Positions 41,992 through 55,570 are shown, numbered from the stretch's first letter. The stretch: DNA of 64,000 nt from Octopus sinensis (GCF_006345805.1 NC_043012.1:56110001-56174000); one strand, 5' to 3'. Program-made: numbers and translations. The notes: a model not told the origin generated them from the letters alone.

Positions 41992-43329
41992 GTAGAATAT
42001 GGTTTTCGTATTACTAAAAACACAGGTTTTTATTACTGTGTCGCTCCAAACTCTGTTGATTTTTTGAAATATTTTAAACCCTCTCATAGAATTTTTTCTT
42101 TTGTATGTCTGCAATAATGTTCCATCTATAATGTATACCCACTTCACACCCCACTATTTCCGATACTGGTTTGTTTGTTTCTAAATATATATTCCTCATT
42201 TCCAAGTTCCATTTTATTCTTAGTCTCAAGTCTTTAAATGAACAAAAACCCACATTGACATTTTAACATAAACAGAAACCATTTTTAATAGAAAAAGACG
42301 AAAATTTACACTTTTGCTTTTGATCTAATGTAGTTTTGTTTTGATTTAGTAACTCGTCTTTACAAATAGGAAATATATCTACTTCTAGAGGAAGTTTTGG
42401 TTTTCGAAAATCCGAAGTTTTGTCACCATAGGGAAAGACTATAAATTCAACTCGGTATATATTTCAACATCTCTCACTCTCTCTCTTTCTCTCTCTACCT
42501 TGCACGTGTTAGCAGACTCCGGCCATCTATGAACTTACCTCAATTATTTTTTCCTCGATTGGATACAAATGGAAACAATTTATGAATTATTACGTTTTCT
42601 AGAATCTCTTTTTTTTCCCATTTTTGTTTCCTTCCCTTTTTCTTTCTGCTTATGAAAATTTACTTCAACTTTTTAAAATGACAAAAATAGAAAAAAAAAA
42701 TCTGTAATAGCTTCGATTACTTTGATCATAGATAAATATTTATTGACTTCTCGTCTAATGACCACCTTACTGTTGAATTACTAATTCCTTTTATAAGTTA
42801 CCGAATGATAAAGGCATTGGTGAATCATAAATATTTACCTATTTAAAGAGACACACAGCTCGGCTTCTCTTTGTCGAAAGAGGACAGAATATGTGACAAT
42901 CATAAGTGTCAATAATAATAATAATAATAATGATCTCCAACCGCAGTGTCTGCTTTTTAATTGTTTGTCGGATTCTTCTCTTCTCCAACCAAAAGAACAG
43001 AAAAAAAAGGATTGAACCACTAAGTGTTGGTAAATGATACTAAATAGTCTGTTTAACCGAGACTTAAATTTCTAAGAGAACGGAGTGTGAAGTGAGTTTG
43101 GCTGTCGTTGATGCTGACATTTCCAATAATGATTATAACCGCATTGTGTATGTATTGTGGAAAAGGAGGGGGAATAATTAGCGGTAACTTAATTCATTCA
43201 TCGGTCTTCGTGGCAAGAAAATCGTTACAATGAGATTCAGTTTATCAATAAACACAGAAATAGCCAGTTATCATTTTCCCTTCATCAAAAATCCACCCAT
43301 TCTAAGTTAACCAAAAGAACGTCGACGTG

Positions 43330-43600
43330 ATGGGGACCTCTACGTGGTCGCTCGACTTATTAGAAACAGCAGCCAAGTTAAAACTGACTTTGTGTTCAAC
43401 AACAACCACTAAAAGAACGATCCAGCGAGGGAGCTTTTATGTGGTCGCTCGATCTGGTAGAAATAGTAACCAAATCTCCTCACACCCAAGAAAGAGAAAG
43501 TACACAGACCTAAATAAATTATATCTAGATTAAAAACAAAAAGCATGGCCACAGGTCTGCTCAAAAAGACCTGACTTGGTGCTAAATAACGACAACTACT
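43330..43600 (+). mobile_element. Family D dispersed repeat with (AAC)n-like tail (about 20 copies in the window)
   Basis: Motif gtggtcgctcgac..ctagaaatagcagccaaatctccc ... gctaaacaacaac. Copies include 3712-3880, 12195-12410, 14385-14660, 16045-16230, 25825-26020, 31803-31995, 39400-39710, 44200-44405 and 55960-56110 (approximate). Confidence 0.75.
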
Positions 43601-46600
43601 GTCAAACGCCCTGTTAAATATGTTTTAATTTAACCCCAGATTAGCTTTGACTAAACCGTATTCTAGTCATGACCATCATACTTTCGGCTTTTATTTTTCA
43701 AATGTGGATCATATTATCCAATGAGTATTTTTTTTTAAGACGATAGGATGTAATTTGGGCTTACATTTGACAGTTATTTCTTACAGGTAGAAAAACCTGG
43801 CAGAGGTTTTCTTGAAAGAAACTTCAGGTGGTTACTTTCGTTTGTATCGAATTTCCCCATTTATCTATTTTCGCTTCTCAGTTTTCATTGATTATGTGAG
43901 AAAAGTTGGGTGTGTAGCCTCTGATCAATAACAAGCCACTCTGTCAAATTCGGGTGTGCCATATTCGTTCACTGACGTAGTTTACAATTTCGGGGACTTA
44001 TGATTATGTATATTGTAGGTGTTTGAGTACAACAAACAATGACTAGAACTCGATGCATGAAAATATTTTATTTTTAATCGGCAGAAGTTGAAAGAGCGAC
44101 TCATGCGCCGGGAGTTTTAATGTGTCATTGTGTTGGATAAGTTCAATCCTCCTAGCACCACAATCCTATGAGGAACACTTGACTTAGCGAACCATCGAGG
44201 GACCCTATATGTCCTCGCCCCACCTGTTAGAAATAGTAGTCAAATCTCTCTTAACTCACACGTTTGCCACCGTCTTATAAAAATGAGAAAATAAGCGTGG
44301 GGGCACAATAATTAATGTAGTCGTGGGTTTCTTGCACATACAGAAAGTAAATGGGATGGCCACAACTGGAATGCTTTTGATCATAGGTCTGCTAAACAAC
44401 AATCATAAACTTACAATGAAAATCCTGTTTATGTTTATATTTTAAATTGTAACTCGGTCATGTCTGTTGACAAGTGTACATAGTACACAAATACAGCATT
44501 TTGTGGATTGATGTTCTTGATTCATTAAGGCACTCGTTATCTTTACACCTCAGATAGAAGCTCGAGGGCTTTCCAAACATGAATTATCTCTGAGGGAACT
44601 TATGTTCCGTGTCAGAAAATAGTAATCTTTTATCCTTTACTCCTTTCAGTCATTAGACTTCGGCCATACTGGGGCACTGCCTTGAACTATTTTTAGTTGA
44701 GTGAATCAACCCCAGTACTTTTTTTTAAGCCTAGTACTTATTCTATCGATCACTTTTGCCAAACCGCTAATTAAACACACCGACACCAGTTGTCAAGCGG
44801 AATTTTTATGAAATTTTGATAATTTTTGCTAAGCTACTAGCCATTTCATAACTCTCACCAATCACAATTAACCCTAATAGAGCTAAGTGGGAGGTTGATG
44901 TTGAAATTTCTACTAGTTTATTTCAAAGCAACTTTCTGAGCAAAGTCTGGTATCTATTTTTACATCCAGATAAACAGAAAACCTGTAATGTTAACTCTTT
45001 TGTTACTAAATCTCTTACAAACATGTGTTTCAGTTTTCAGAATGATCAAAATTTTGGACAGTCTTTGTAAAATAACTACTTTTTATTAGGATGTCAAAAT
45101 AGTGTTTGGAATACAGCTTTGACAAAATAAAAGTAAGTTCTAATATAATGGAATTTCTACCTACTGTATTGAGTCCCCATCACTAAAGACTGGTCATATC
45201 GTAAATCCTTGAGTATAATACGCAGGGGAGGGGGCTGTACTGCTGAAAAACCTAAACCTTGTTATGATACGCACCCCTTCTCTAACTTGAGTCAAGGAAG
45301 TTTATGTAACGTCCTTGGTTTCTAAAAATATATACAGTAACGTCCTTTATTATTATTGTATATATAATATAATGCAAACGTGTAGCTTTCTTGTGCATTT
45401 TGTTTGTAGAAAATAAAGAAATAGCAGTAATATTGTTTAATAAATGTTGCTTACTGCAAGTTATGGATGATTCTTTTATGACTTCATTGCTTTCAGGCTT
45501 AGCTTAAGGTATTTTCGTGCCCAACATCAGAAAATGCGTCTGAATAAACATTGCCAGACAGCAAATGGAGACTTGGACATTGCTTAGAAAATATTTTTCA
45601 TTTTTAACCTCGTATATAGTACGCACTAGGGATTTTGACCTTTAAATTTTGGGGGAAAATGCAGATTATACTTGAGGATTTGCGGTACATCTGCACTTGT
45701 ATGTGTAATCCTGGGCAAAATCTTTTGAGGAAGATTGGCAGTGGCCCATCTCCAAAGGAAGGATTGCTGACTTGAGCCGATACAGATTTGTTCCAGAGTC
45801 ATTGCAGCAGTTCTGTCAATCCACCATCTCTGGGTTAGTACAATTTTATTGATCCCAAAAAGATAGAAGGCAAAACTAACCTCAGCAGGATTTGAACCTG
45901 AGACTGTGTTAGCCAGGTTGGTATCAAAAGAGTTATCCATTACCCAGTTTAATGCCACAATCACCCTGTCTTTGGGTAACATTAGTTACCCATCTCCAAG
46001 GGAAGGATTGTCAATTCTGTTGCAAGCACTTAAACCAGGCCTCCAGTTTGAGGACACCTTTCTCCTACCAGTCTTGAAAGTTCTCCAAAGTATCATGAAC
46101 ATTGTCTCTCCTCCCGACTAAGGAATTATAAAAACAACAATGTTCACTTGATGGCATTTTAAACTACCAAACACCATAAGCATTTGTTATACATCTATGT
46201 TTTGGTCATTAATACAATTCTACTTCATTTAAATGGAAGTCAGCTAGTATTTATAAGCCATTGAGAAGGAAGCAGTGTATTGTTTTTCATTAAACACTTC
46301 AGTCTGATAAAGAAAAATGATAAAACTCTGCTAAGCTTCTTAGAATCAATGCAGAAGTATTAGATATGCTGGTTTCTCTAGAATCCTTTCCGGTTAAGCA
46401 GGATTAATCTTCTCAACTGTTGAACTTTGACCTCACAAATGCCATTTAACTATCAACTAAATAATTTCAGTTGTAAGTTGAATAGAAATGAGGAGGTCCA
46501 CAGAATTGAGTCATTTACTTGTTTTATTTAATTGCCTATTCTGATACTTTTGATGTTGTGGTCTGTGTTATTGGCTAGCAGTGTAATGGTGGCTGTTGTA

Positions 46601-47991
46601 TTCTGACTAAATTCTTTTCTAAATCAAAAATAACTATAGTGTTGCTGGTTATCCCAAGTTTCTTTAGTGTTGGCAGAATCATTAGAGCATCAGATAAAAT
46701 GCCTTGCAGTATATTAATTTGACTCTCTGCACCTGTGTTCAAATCCCTCTATGATCAACTTTGCCTTTCATCCTTTCAGGGTTGATAAATAGGTACCAGA
46801 CCAGGATGCTGGATTGATGGAATTGTTAGAGCATCTGACAAGAGGTCTTGCAAACAGAGACATATTCCAACAGTTCATTGCAAATTTTATTACTGGGTTA
46901 ATTATGCTGTGCTTTCAGTTTTAAATGTAAATTACAAAATGATTTAATATTCTAGGAGATACATGCAAATCTTATTCTTTTACTGATTTCAGCTGTTGGA
47001 TTGCTGCAATGCTAGGACACTACTATCAAGGGATCTTAGCCAATCATATCAACTCTCCTCCACTACTTATTTTAATCTCTTAAACACATCATCATTTTAT
47101 TTTTACACCAGTAAACAGAGACTAAAACACGGACACAAGCAGATGCATACATAATATCGTCATCTTTGTTTTAGTTTTATGTTTGTTTTTCTCTGCTGGA
47201 ATTGGTTTGGATGGAGACTTATTGAGATAGCATTTTATGGCTGGATACTCTTTCTGTTACCAACCTATACTGGTTTTTCAAATAAAGGACTTATTTCATT
47301 CCACTTGACCTCACAGGCCTACAGGACTTACGCTTATTGGAGGCAATAACATTCTTGCTCAAACTGTGTCAACCAAAGATTGTGTGGAATCTAAACACTC
47401 AGTGCATCCATATATCATCATCATCATTTAACGTCTGTTTTCCATGCTAGCATGGGTCGGACAGTTTGACCGGAACTGGTAAGGCTGGGGACCCACACCA
47501 GGCTCCATTGTCTGTTCTAGAATGGTTTCTATGGCTGGATGCCCTTTCTAATGCCAACCACTCCACAGAGTGTACTACATGCTTTTTATGTGACACCAGT
47601 GCTTTTAACATAGCATCAGCACCATATATTGTATGTATGTTTGTATATATATATATATATATTATGATAATAATAATAATAGGGAATATAATTCCAAAAC
47701 TTACAGGGAAAAATTCAATTTAACAATTTTAAATCAAATTTCACAATATATAAATATATGTATATAATTTAGAGAAAAACCACTATTAAACAATTCAATA
47801 TAGAAAGATGTTATTCACACCATTTAGAAAACATATACTATAAAAAAAACCTTATTTAAAATCAATTGATTTTAAATAAGGTTTTTTTATAGTATGTTTT
47901 CTATATGGTGTGAATAACATCTTTCTATATTAAATTGCTTAATAATGGTTTTTCTCTAAATTATATATATATAAATATGTATATATGTATA

Positions 47992-48300
47992 TCATCATCA
48001 TCATCATTGTTTAACGTCCGTTTTCCATGCTAGCATGGGTTGGACAGTTTGACCGGGGTCTGGGAAGCCAGGAGGCTGCACCAGGCTCCAGTCTGATCTG
48101 ACAGTGTTTCTACAGCTGGATGTCCTTCCTAACACCAACCACTCCATGAGTGTAGTGGGTGCTTTTTACGTGCCAGGGGAGGCTGGCAATGTCCACGATT
48201 GGTTAGTGCTTTTTATGTGCCACCAGCATAGAAGCCAGTCAAGGCGGCGCTGGCATCGGCCACGTTCGTATGGTGCATTTTACATGCCACCGGCATAGGT
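47992..48300 (-). mobile_element. Family C SINE-like repeat with (GAT)n tail
   Basis: catcatcat..tttaacgtccgttttccatgctagcatgggttggac..gctggatg(c/t)ccttcctaac. Other copies lie at about 1127-1245(-), 21930-22080(+), 23755-23910(-), 25586-25770(-), 33568-33740(-), 47413-47610(-), 48690-48880(+), 52865-53095(+), 61200-61430(+) and 62480-62637(+). The GGAAGGGCATCC..GTAGAAA motif resembles the V-SINE core recalled from memory. Confidence 0.8.
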
Positions 48301-48359
48301 ATCACAACTACAATTTCCATTTTATTTTTTGATGTTGATGTACTTGACTCAGTAGGTTT

Positions 48360-48391
<32 letters not shown>

Positions 48392-49883
48392 TATATATAT
48401 ATCATTAGTGTCCACTTTTCCACTCAATAGATGACTAAGCTGATGATGACAGCCTATTTGACTGAATCTGGTAGAAGCAGTATATTTTTTAAATTTAAAT
48501 TGTTAAAGATTATTAGTTACAGAAATAAAATATGGCTTGGGAAAAGTTTCTGAAGAAGTAAGAAGATGGTGTAGTAACAGAGAGTGGAGCATGATGCTAA
48601 ATACTTTTCAACATGTTCTGAGTTCAAGTTTTGATGGGGGACAAGCTAGGTAAACTCACTGTCATTCATACATATAGGCTTGTCCTTTACAGGTGCCAGT
48701 GCTGCATAAACACACCTGTGCCAGTGGCACAACTAAAGCACTGGAAAGATGTTAGCGTTAGAAAGGGCATCCAACCATAGAAACTGTGCCACAATAGACA
48801 ATCGGACAGCTCCCCAGCTGGACAGCTCTTGTCAAACTGTTCAACCCATGCCAGCATGAAAAACAGATGTTAAATGATGATGCTAATTTAAGCTATTGTA
48901 GCCTGAGAAGGAAAAATGACTGGGTGTGAGAAAGAGAAGCATGTATATGAAATGAGTTTTGGTGGTGTTCAAAATAGTAAGGTTAAAAGATCAGAGGTCA
49001 TTGTGGTAGCAGTAAGACACAGTTTGGCTGCTGGGTTAGCAGTTGTAAGCATCAGGCAAACAACTTGTAATGTAAATAATATAAGTTTTACTTCTGTAAA
49101 TGTCTCATAACTCTGAATGTCCTTTAAGGGCTGATCTCTTGATATTAAACAGATGTGATAAATCTCCTTCCCCTTGAAGGAACAACAGTCTATCGTAGAT
49201 AACATTCCAAAATGATCTGGTATCTATTCTTGGATGTTAAATCAACTGAAGTAAAATTGTGTATGCAACAAAACATCTATAAAAGAATGGAATTTCAAGA
49301 TATAATACGAACTGGTAATTCAAATCCATATTCACTCAGCTGCCTAGAATATGTGTGCATGCCTGCATAAATGATAATCTATCCCATCTTTGAGAAGAGT
49401 ACTTTGATGCAGTGTTTATTTGCATTCTGTAAAGGAAGAGTCAGGAGCTGTTGCTGAGCCAAAAGATTTTCTGGCTCTGAAAAAGAAACTCTGCCTTTAT
49501 AATATTCTTCTGGTTGTTTGAAATTTACTGTATCATTCTCAGAGATTATCAAAACTTACAAGGCTTGACATGTGCAACCAGTTTGATAGCCTAACCATTT
49601 TGTTACCATACTTCTGATGAAATATACTAACTTCATTTCAATTAATTTTGAAACTGATGAAGAATCTAGTAAGATAACTTTGTCAGGTGCAGGTGTGGCC
49701 ATTTACTTCCCAACCACATAGTTCTGGGTTCAGTCCCACTGCATGCTACCTTAGGAAAATATCTACTACTATCACTCTAGGTTAACCAAATGGATTTGGT
49801 GGCTGGAAACTGAAAAAGACTGTGTGTCCTTGTCTTGATGTCAGGTATAGTTGTAAATGGATGTCATTCATTTCTGGTATTCC

Positions 49884-50290
49884 TATTTCTTTATTGCCCA
49901 CATGGGGCTAAACATAGAGGGGACAAACAAGGTCATCAAGTCGATTATATCGACCCCAGTGCATAACTGGTATTTAATTTATCGACCCCGAAAGGATGAA
50001 AGGCAAAATCAACCTTGGCGGAATTTGAACTCAGAACGTAGCGGCAGACGAAATACCTATTTCTTTACTACCCACAAGGGGCTAAACACAGAGAGGACAA
50101 ACAAGGACAGACAAACGGATTAAGTCAATTATATCGACCCCAGTGTGTAACTGGTACTTATTTAATCGACCCTGAAAGGATGAAAGGCAAAGTCAACCTT
50201 GGCGGAATTTGAACTCAGAACGTAACGGCAGACGAAATACCGCTAAGCATTTCGCCCAGCGTGCTAATGTTTCTCCCAGCTAGCCACCTT
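49884..50290 (-). mobile_element. Family B SINE dimer (full monomer + 5'-truncated monomer of another subtype)
   Basis: B-box GTTCAAATTCC on the minus strand, junction at 50056/50057, and imperfect TSD ATTTC(TG/CA)GTATTCC at 49870-49883 and 50294-50307. Confidence 0.88.
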
Positions 50291-50741
50291 AAAATTTCCA
50301 GTATTCCATGAAAACCTGCCTTACCATAGGGAACTTATCTTGCTTGGAAACAGGTGAGGGTTGGCAACAAGAAGGGCATCCAGCCATAGAAAATCTGCTT
50401 CAATAAAACTCTGCCTGACCCATTCAAGCATGGAAAACAGCACATTAAAACATTAAAATAATGTTGATGATTGTCAAGCTTGTGTTTGAAACACAAATTG
50501 ATATGAATTTTCAATGCAATGTTTTTATTTAAATCACTTTAAATTAAAAAGTTTGTATCATTAGCAGTAGGGGTGGTCAGTCACAGGTGAGTTCGTATCA
50601 AAAGGGATAAACTGATTAGAAGAGACACCATCATCATTATTTTATATCTTTTCTATAATTGCATGGGATGGATGGGTTTTCTGATGTAGTGTATTGCAAT
50701 CGGGTGCCCTTTCTTTTGCCAACCTTTTTGGTTGCCTCTTA

Positions 50742-51160
50742 TTTCTTTATTGCCCACAAGGGGCTAACCATAGAGTGGACAAACAAGGATGGACATAGAG
50801 ATTAAGTTGATTACATTGACCCCAGTGTGTAACTGGTACTTAATTTATCGACCCCGAAAGGATGAAAGACAAAGTTGACCTCAGCAGAATTTGAACTCAG
50901 AACATAAAGACAGACGAAATACTTATTTCTTTATTGCCCACTAGGGGCTAAACATAGACGGGACAAACAAAGACAGACAAAAGGGATTAAGTCGATTACA
51001 TTGACCCCAGTGCATAACTGGTACTTAATTTATCGACCTCGAAAGGATGAAAGGCAAAGTCGACCTCAGCAGAATTTGAACTCAGAGCGTAAAGACAGAC
51101 GAAATACCGTTAAGCATTTCGCCTGGCATGCTAAAATTTCTGCCAGCTCGCTGCCTTTTT
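50742..51160 (-). mobile_element. Family B SINE dimer
   Basis: Junction at 50922/50923 and TSD GTTGCCTCTTA at 50731-50741 and 51162-51172. Confidence 0.88.
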
Positions 51161-51791
51161 AGTTGCCTCTTACAACATGCAAGGACACAGTATACCAATT
51201 CCAGACCTGGGTTACATCAGGTATCATAATAATAAGTCAATATAATGAATTTCTTCTCCTCAAGATATGCACAGTATGTGTTGTTAATGTTGATGGTGGT
51301 ATTTCACTCTACATCAGCTCTATGACCATCCCATGTTTGTTTGTTTTTTTTACTTCCAGTAAAGTATGTCAGGCTTCATTATCCAGTGTGTGCCTATTTT
51401 TAAGAAGACAGGTTATGGTTTGGCTGGGATGTGGCTGCTACTTTTAGCAGATTGAGCAACCACGTTGAACCACCATCATTTGGTTCATGTGGACTGTTTT
51501 GGGAATGGTGGTGGTAGTAGTGGGATTAGTGAAGGAGACTAGATTGTCCTCTCATTTTAGCAGGATGTTTTAGAGATCTCCATTCATTCAGAACATATAA
51601 TCCCAGCAGGGAGTGCTCAGGTCGATTGTCTGTTGGAGATAATGTAATGTGTCATCAAAGGAGTGTATGTAGTTAGACAAACAGCAAGTCATTAATATTG
51701 ATTGGCACAAAGCCTCAAATTTTATGGCTGACTGCAGTTGATTACAATGACTCCAGTACCAATCTAATACTTTACTGACCTCAGAAATATT

Positions 51792-52113
51792 CTTTTCTAC
51801 TTTAGGCACAAGGCCCGAAATTTTGGAGATGGGGAGCTCGGGGGAATTTGAACTCAGAATGTAATGATAGACAAAATACCTATTTCTTTACTACCTACAA
51901 GGGGCTAAACACAGAGAGAACAAACAAGGATAGACAAATGGATTAAGTCGATTATATCGACCCCAGTGCGTAACTGGTACTTATTTAATCGACCCTGAAA
52001 GGATGAAAGGCAAAGTCGACCTTGGCGGAATTTGAACTCAGAACATAACAGCAGACGAAATACGGCTAAGCATTTCACCCAGCATGCTAACATTTCTGCC
52101 AGCTCACCACCTT
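51792..52113 (-). mobile_element. Family B SINE heterodimer
   Basis: Junction at 51879/51880 and perfect 16-bp TSD TGACCTCAGAAATATT at 51776-51791 and 52114-52129. Confidence 0.85.
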
Positions 52114-52430
52114 TGACCTCAGAAATATTGGGACAGCATAATGATTGGTGCACAGTATTAAATATCTTATGATATCAATTCTCTCTTTGTACTCTCATGA
52201 AACCCTTCACCATCTCGTTTCCTCCTATGATCCACTGTCCATGTCCTCTCTTATGTTCACCTTCTTGTTCCTTGAGAGTTTGCTCTAGGACCCTATCACT
52301 TCCTTCAGCCGTATATCTCCTGTTTAGCAAGACCCCTGTGCTTATCCTTCTATCATACTTTAGCCTTTCAATATTTGGCATACAGCCACCCACCTCCACT
52401 TACCTCTCCCAAATACTTCCTCTTAGTACC

Positions 52431-52640
52431 CTTTACTCTTACTTGTTTCAGTCATTTTGACTGGCCATGCTGCAGCCTTGCCTTTAGTCGAGCAAATCGA
52501 CTCCAGGGCTTATTCTTTGTAAGCCAGTACTTATTCTATCGGTCTCTTTTTGCCGAACTACTAAGTTACGGGGATATAAACACAGCAGCATCGGTTGTCA
52601 AGCAATATTGGGGGGACAAACTTATACACACACATACATA

Positions 52641-52689
<49 letters not shown>

Positions 52690-52856
52690 ATATATATATA
52701 GTTTCTTTCAGTTTCTGTCTACCAAATCCACTCACAAGGCTTTGGTCAGCCCAAGGCTATAGTAGAAGAAACTTGCCTAAGGTGCCACGCAGTGGGATTG
52801 AACCCGGAACCATGTAGTTCGTAAACAAGCTATTTACTACACAGCCACTCCTATGC
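52431..52856 (-). mobile_element. Family A SINE
   Basis: Full-length reverse copy. Confidence 0.85.
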
Positions 52857-53644
52857 TACCACTCTAAAACATCCTGCTAAAATGAGTAGGGTAGTTTTTT
52901 ACTTTTTCATTTTTTCTAGTTGCATGAAAAATGCACCTAGTACACTCTGTAACACAGCTGGCATTAGGAAGGGCATCCAACTGTAAAAACCATGCCAAAG
53001 GTGATATTGTAGATTGACACAGCTCTGCAGCTTGCTGGTTCCCTCTTAAATCCTCCAACTCATGCCAGCATGGAAAATGGATGTTAACTGATGAGCAGGA
53101 TATCAATAGATTCAAACCCTTCACACTTAAGAATTAACCAAAACCGTTCAATGGACCTCGTGGTGAATTGGCATAGTTGTTAAGAATCAAACAAAATAAT
53201 TTGCAGTATCTATTTCTGCTTCTTGTGTTTTGAGTTCAAATCTTGTCAAGGTCAACTTTGCTTTTCATCTTTCTGGGCTTGATAAAGTAAAAAGTCTATT
53301 CTAGAATTAGAGCACTGGAAGCGATGCCTTGCAGTATATATTCTAGCTCTTTGCATTTGTCATCATTATTTAATATCCATGTTCCATGGTGGCATGGGTT
53401 GGACAGTTTGACAGGATCTGATAGGCCCTAGAACTGTATCATATTCCATTGTCTGCATTCAGTGTTCATAATCCCGTCATGGCCTACTTGAGTGGTAGAT
53501 TTTGTCGTCACCCAATTTAGTTCTGCCACCTGGTCCTTTGGTACCTTTTTCTGGAGCTTACTCTATTACAAGCATCCAGGCCAAGTCTCCATTTTGAGAA
53601 TACCTTTCTCCTTCCTTCCTACCAATTCTTTTATTATGTGCTTC

Positions 53645-53884
53645 AGTGGATTTGGTAGACGGAAACTGAAAGAAGCCCATGTATGTTTGTGTGTTTGTGT
53701 TTGTCCCCCCAACATCGCTTGACAACCGATGCTGGCATGTTTACGTCCCTGTAACTTAGTGGTTCAACAAAAAGAGACTGATAGAGTAAATTCTTTGCTT
53801 ACAAAAAATAAGTCCTGGGGTCGATTTGCTTAACTAAAGGTGTTGCTCCAGCATGGCCGCAGTTAAATGACAGAAACAAGTAAA
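53645..53884 (+). mobile_element. Family A SINE, 5'-truncated
   Basis: Begins at gtggatttggtagacgg and ends at gaaacaagtaaaag. Confidence 0.8.
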
Positions 53885-54712
53885 AGTGCACTAATTTAAA
53901 GCAGGAAAGATCAAAAGGACCAATGTCTTCATTTTTTTTTGTCTTTTTTTTTTCTGCTTGCATAGTTAAAATAGGGGGGAAAAATGTGTTCTTGGCATGA
54001 AGTGAAATAAATCTTCACTTGAATAAAAGCCCTGTTTATTACAGATAACATTCAAAAAAATGAGAGAGAGATAAATAATGATCTAGTGCCTATTTTCAAT
54101 CAGCTTGGTAAACTAAGCCAACATAGAATAATATATTCTAGCCCAAGAACACAGCAAACCTCTTGCACCAGATTTGAACTTTTCACCTTTGAAAGAGTAA
54201 TCCAACACCTATTCATTTTGCCCACATCAGCTCTATTTCCATATATTGAAGAAACTCATGGATATGGAATAGTTTGTATGGGGCAGTGGGGTAGAAGTAT
54301 GATGTTTTTGAGACAGAGAGAAGAAAGACTTCAGCTAGATTTGATCCTGAAACATCAGATTCCTCTCCCCACCACAGCATACAAACTTAATGAAGCTTAT
54401 GAATGTCACTATATAATTATTGCTGATGCAGACAGCCATCAGTTTCCTTGGAATTTTTTTTATTTATATGTTATTAAGGATGGTTACTAATCTGCTGTTT
54501 AATACTTACAAAAATTCTAATTACTAATATTCTAATATTATTGTCTTTAATCCCAACATACTTCAAGTGATTTGAGGTGGGGGGGGGGAACACTCTCTTT
54601 TGATTAATCTCATATCCTATATGTGTTTTTTGTTGTCTTTTTTTAGTAACCAAGGTCTTCCATAAGTAATACAATATACACAAACTTCATAGAAATTTCA
54701 GTTAAATCTCCC

Positions 54713-54928
54713 TTAAACCTTTAGCATTCAGATTACTCAGTCAAATCTATTACTTATTTATTCACATTGTTTTGAATTAGTTATGCATTATCTTGTAGCT
54801 TCAAGATTTCAATGGTATTTTTGTATATTTTTAGAATGACATTGTGAGAGGTTGGATTTGGTCAGTTTGAACACAAAACTTGTTGAATATTTGGGCTGAT
54901 ATAGCTGGATTAAATGTTAAAGAGTTAA
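54713..54928 (+). mobile_element. ~215-bp piggyBac-type MITE
   Basis: TTAA at both ends with TIR (C)CCTTTAGCATT / AATG(C/T)TAAAG(G/A)G. Copies at about 16889-17107, 18350-18528, 31017-31242 and 60509-60737. Confidence 0.75.
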
Positions 54929-54939
54929 ATCAGTCAACC

Positions 54940-55570
54940 AGCATAGTAGTTCTTTAGCCATTTTGATAGTAATCCACCTAAAACCACCTTTCATCCTATA
55001 ATGCAAATTTCTTGTTTTAAAGTAACCGAAATTAAAACTTTCGACAAAAACTTTTCATGTCAGTTTATTCCTAACAGCAGCTTTATAATGACAAAGGATA
55101 ATGGGTGAAGACCCCCTTCAGTCATGAATGACCATGGGATTGCACCTAGAAAGTTACCCTCCAAGGCACAAGTCTGGGCAAGGTTGTTTATGGAAGACCA
55201 GCAGTCACCCATGCATACCAGCCCCAACTCTCCCCACACTACCAATGTTATCCAAGGGAAAGGCGAAGGCTGATACAGCTTGGCACCAGTGATGCCAGAA
55301 CTCATTTCTACAGCTGAGTGAATTGGAGCAACGTGAAATAAAATGTCTTGCTCAAGAACATAACACAGCCCGGTCTGGAAACTGAACTCACTAACTCATG
55401 GTTGTGAGCCTGATGTTCTAACCACTGAGCTATGCGTCTTCACCATAATGACAAAACCACTTTACTAAATTCTTCAAAACAAAATTATTTTACTAAATTT
55501 TTCATTATTTGCAAAATCATTTGAAATAAAAGCCGTATATTTCAACTGAAATATGTTAGCAAAGGGTTAA
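54940..55570 (-). mobile_element. Second TTAA-ended MITE family, carrying a family F SINE insertion
   Basis: Ends in aaagggttaa. Related pieces (taacc(c)ttttgttaccat..) lie at about 49590-49685, 55800-55985 and 44990-45140. Confidence 0.55.

Larger units (their letters stand above)
37200..44500. promoter_or_regulatory. CpG-retaining (probably unmethylated) promoter/intergenic domain around the DENND6 5' end
   Basis: CG dinucleotides are visibly more frequent than in the flanks, and repeat copies here keep CpGs that are TG/CA in copies elsewhere. Qualitative reading only, not counted. Confidence 0.6.

Noticed and set aside
45195-45290. CGTAAATCCTTGAGTATAATACGCA motif reminiscent of pogo/Tc1-mariner MITE ends
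   Set aside because: Single, short occurrence with no matching second TIR confidently located.
49884-50290. Searched family B dimers for a hammerhead core (CUGAnGA..GAAA) that could explain the fixed junction by rolling-circle copying
   Set aside because: None found on either strand. Other ribozyme folds such as HDV-like could not be assessed by eye.
49884-51160. Regularly repeated ~190-bp units suggestive of a CRISPR-like or satellite array
   Set aside because: Eukaryotic context, and the units are SINE monomers with separate TSDs and no repeat-spacer structure.
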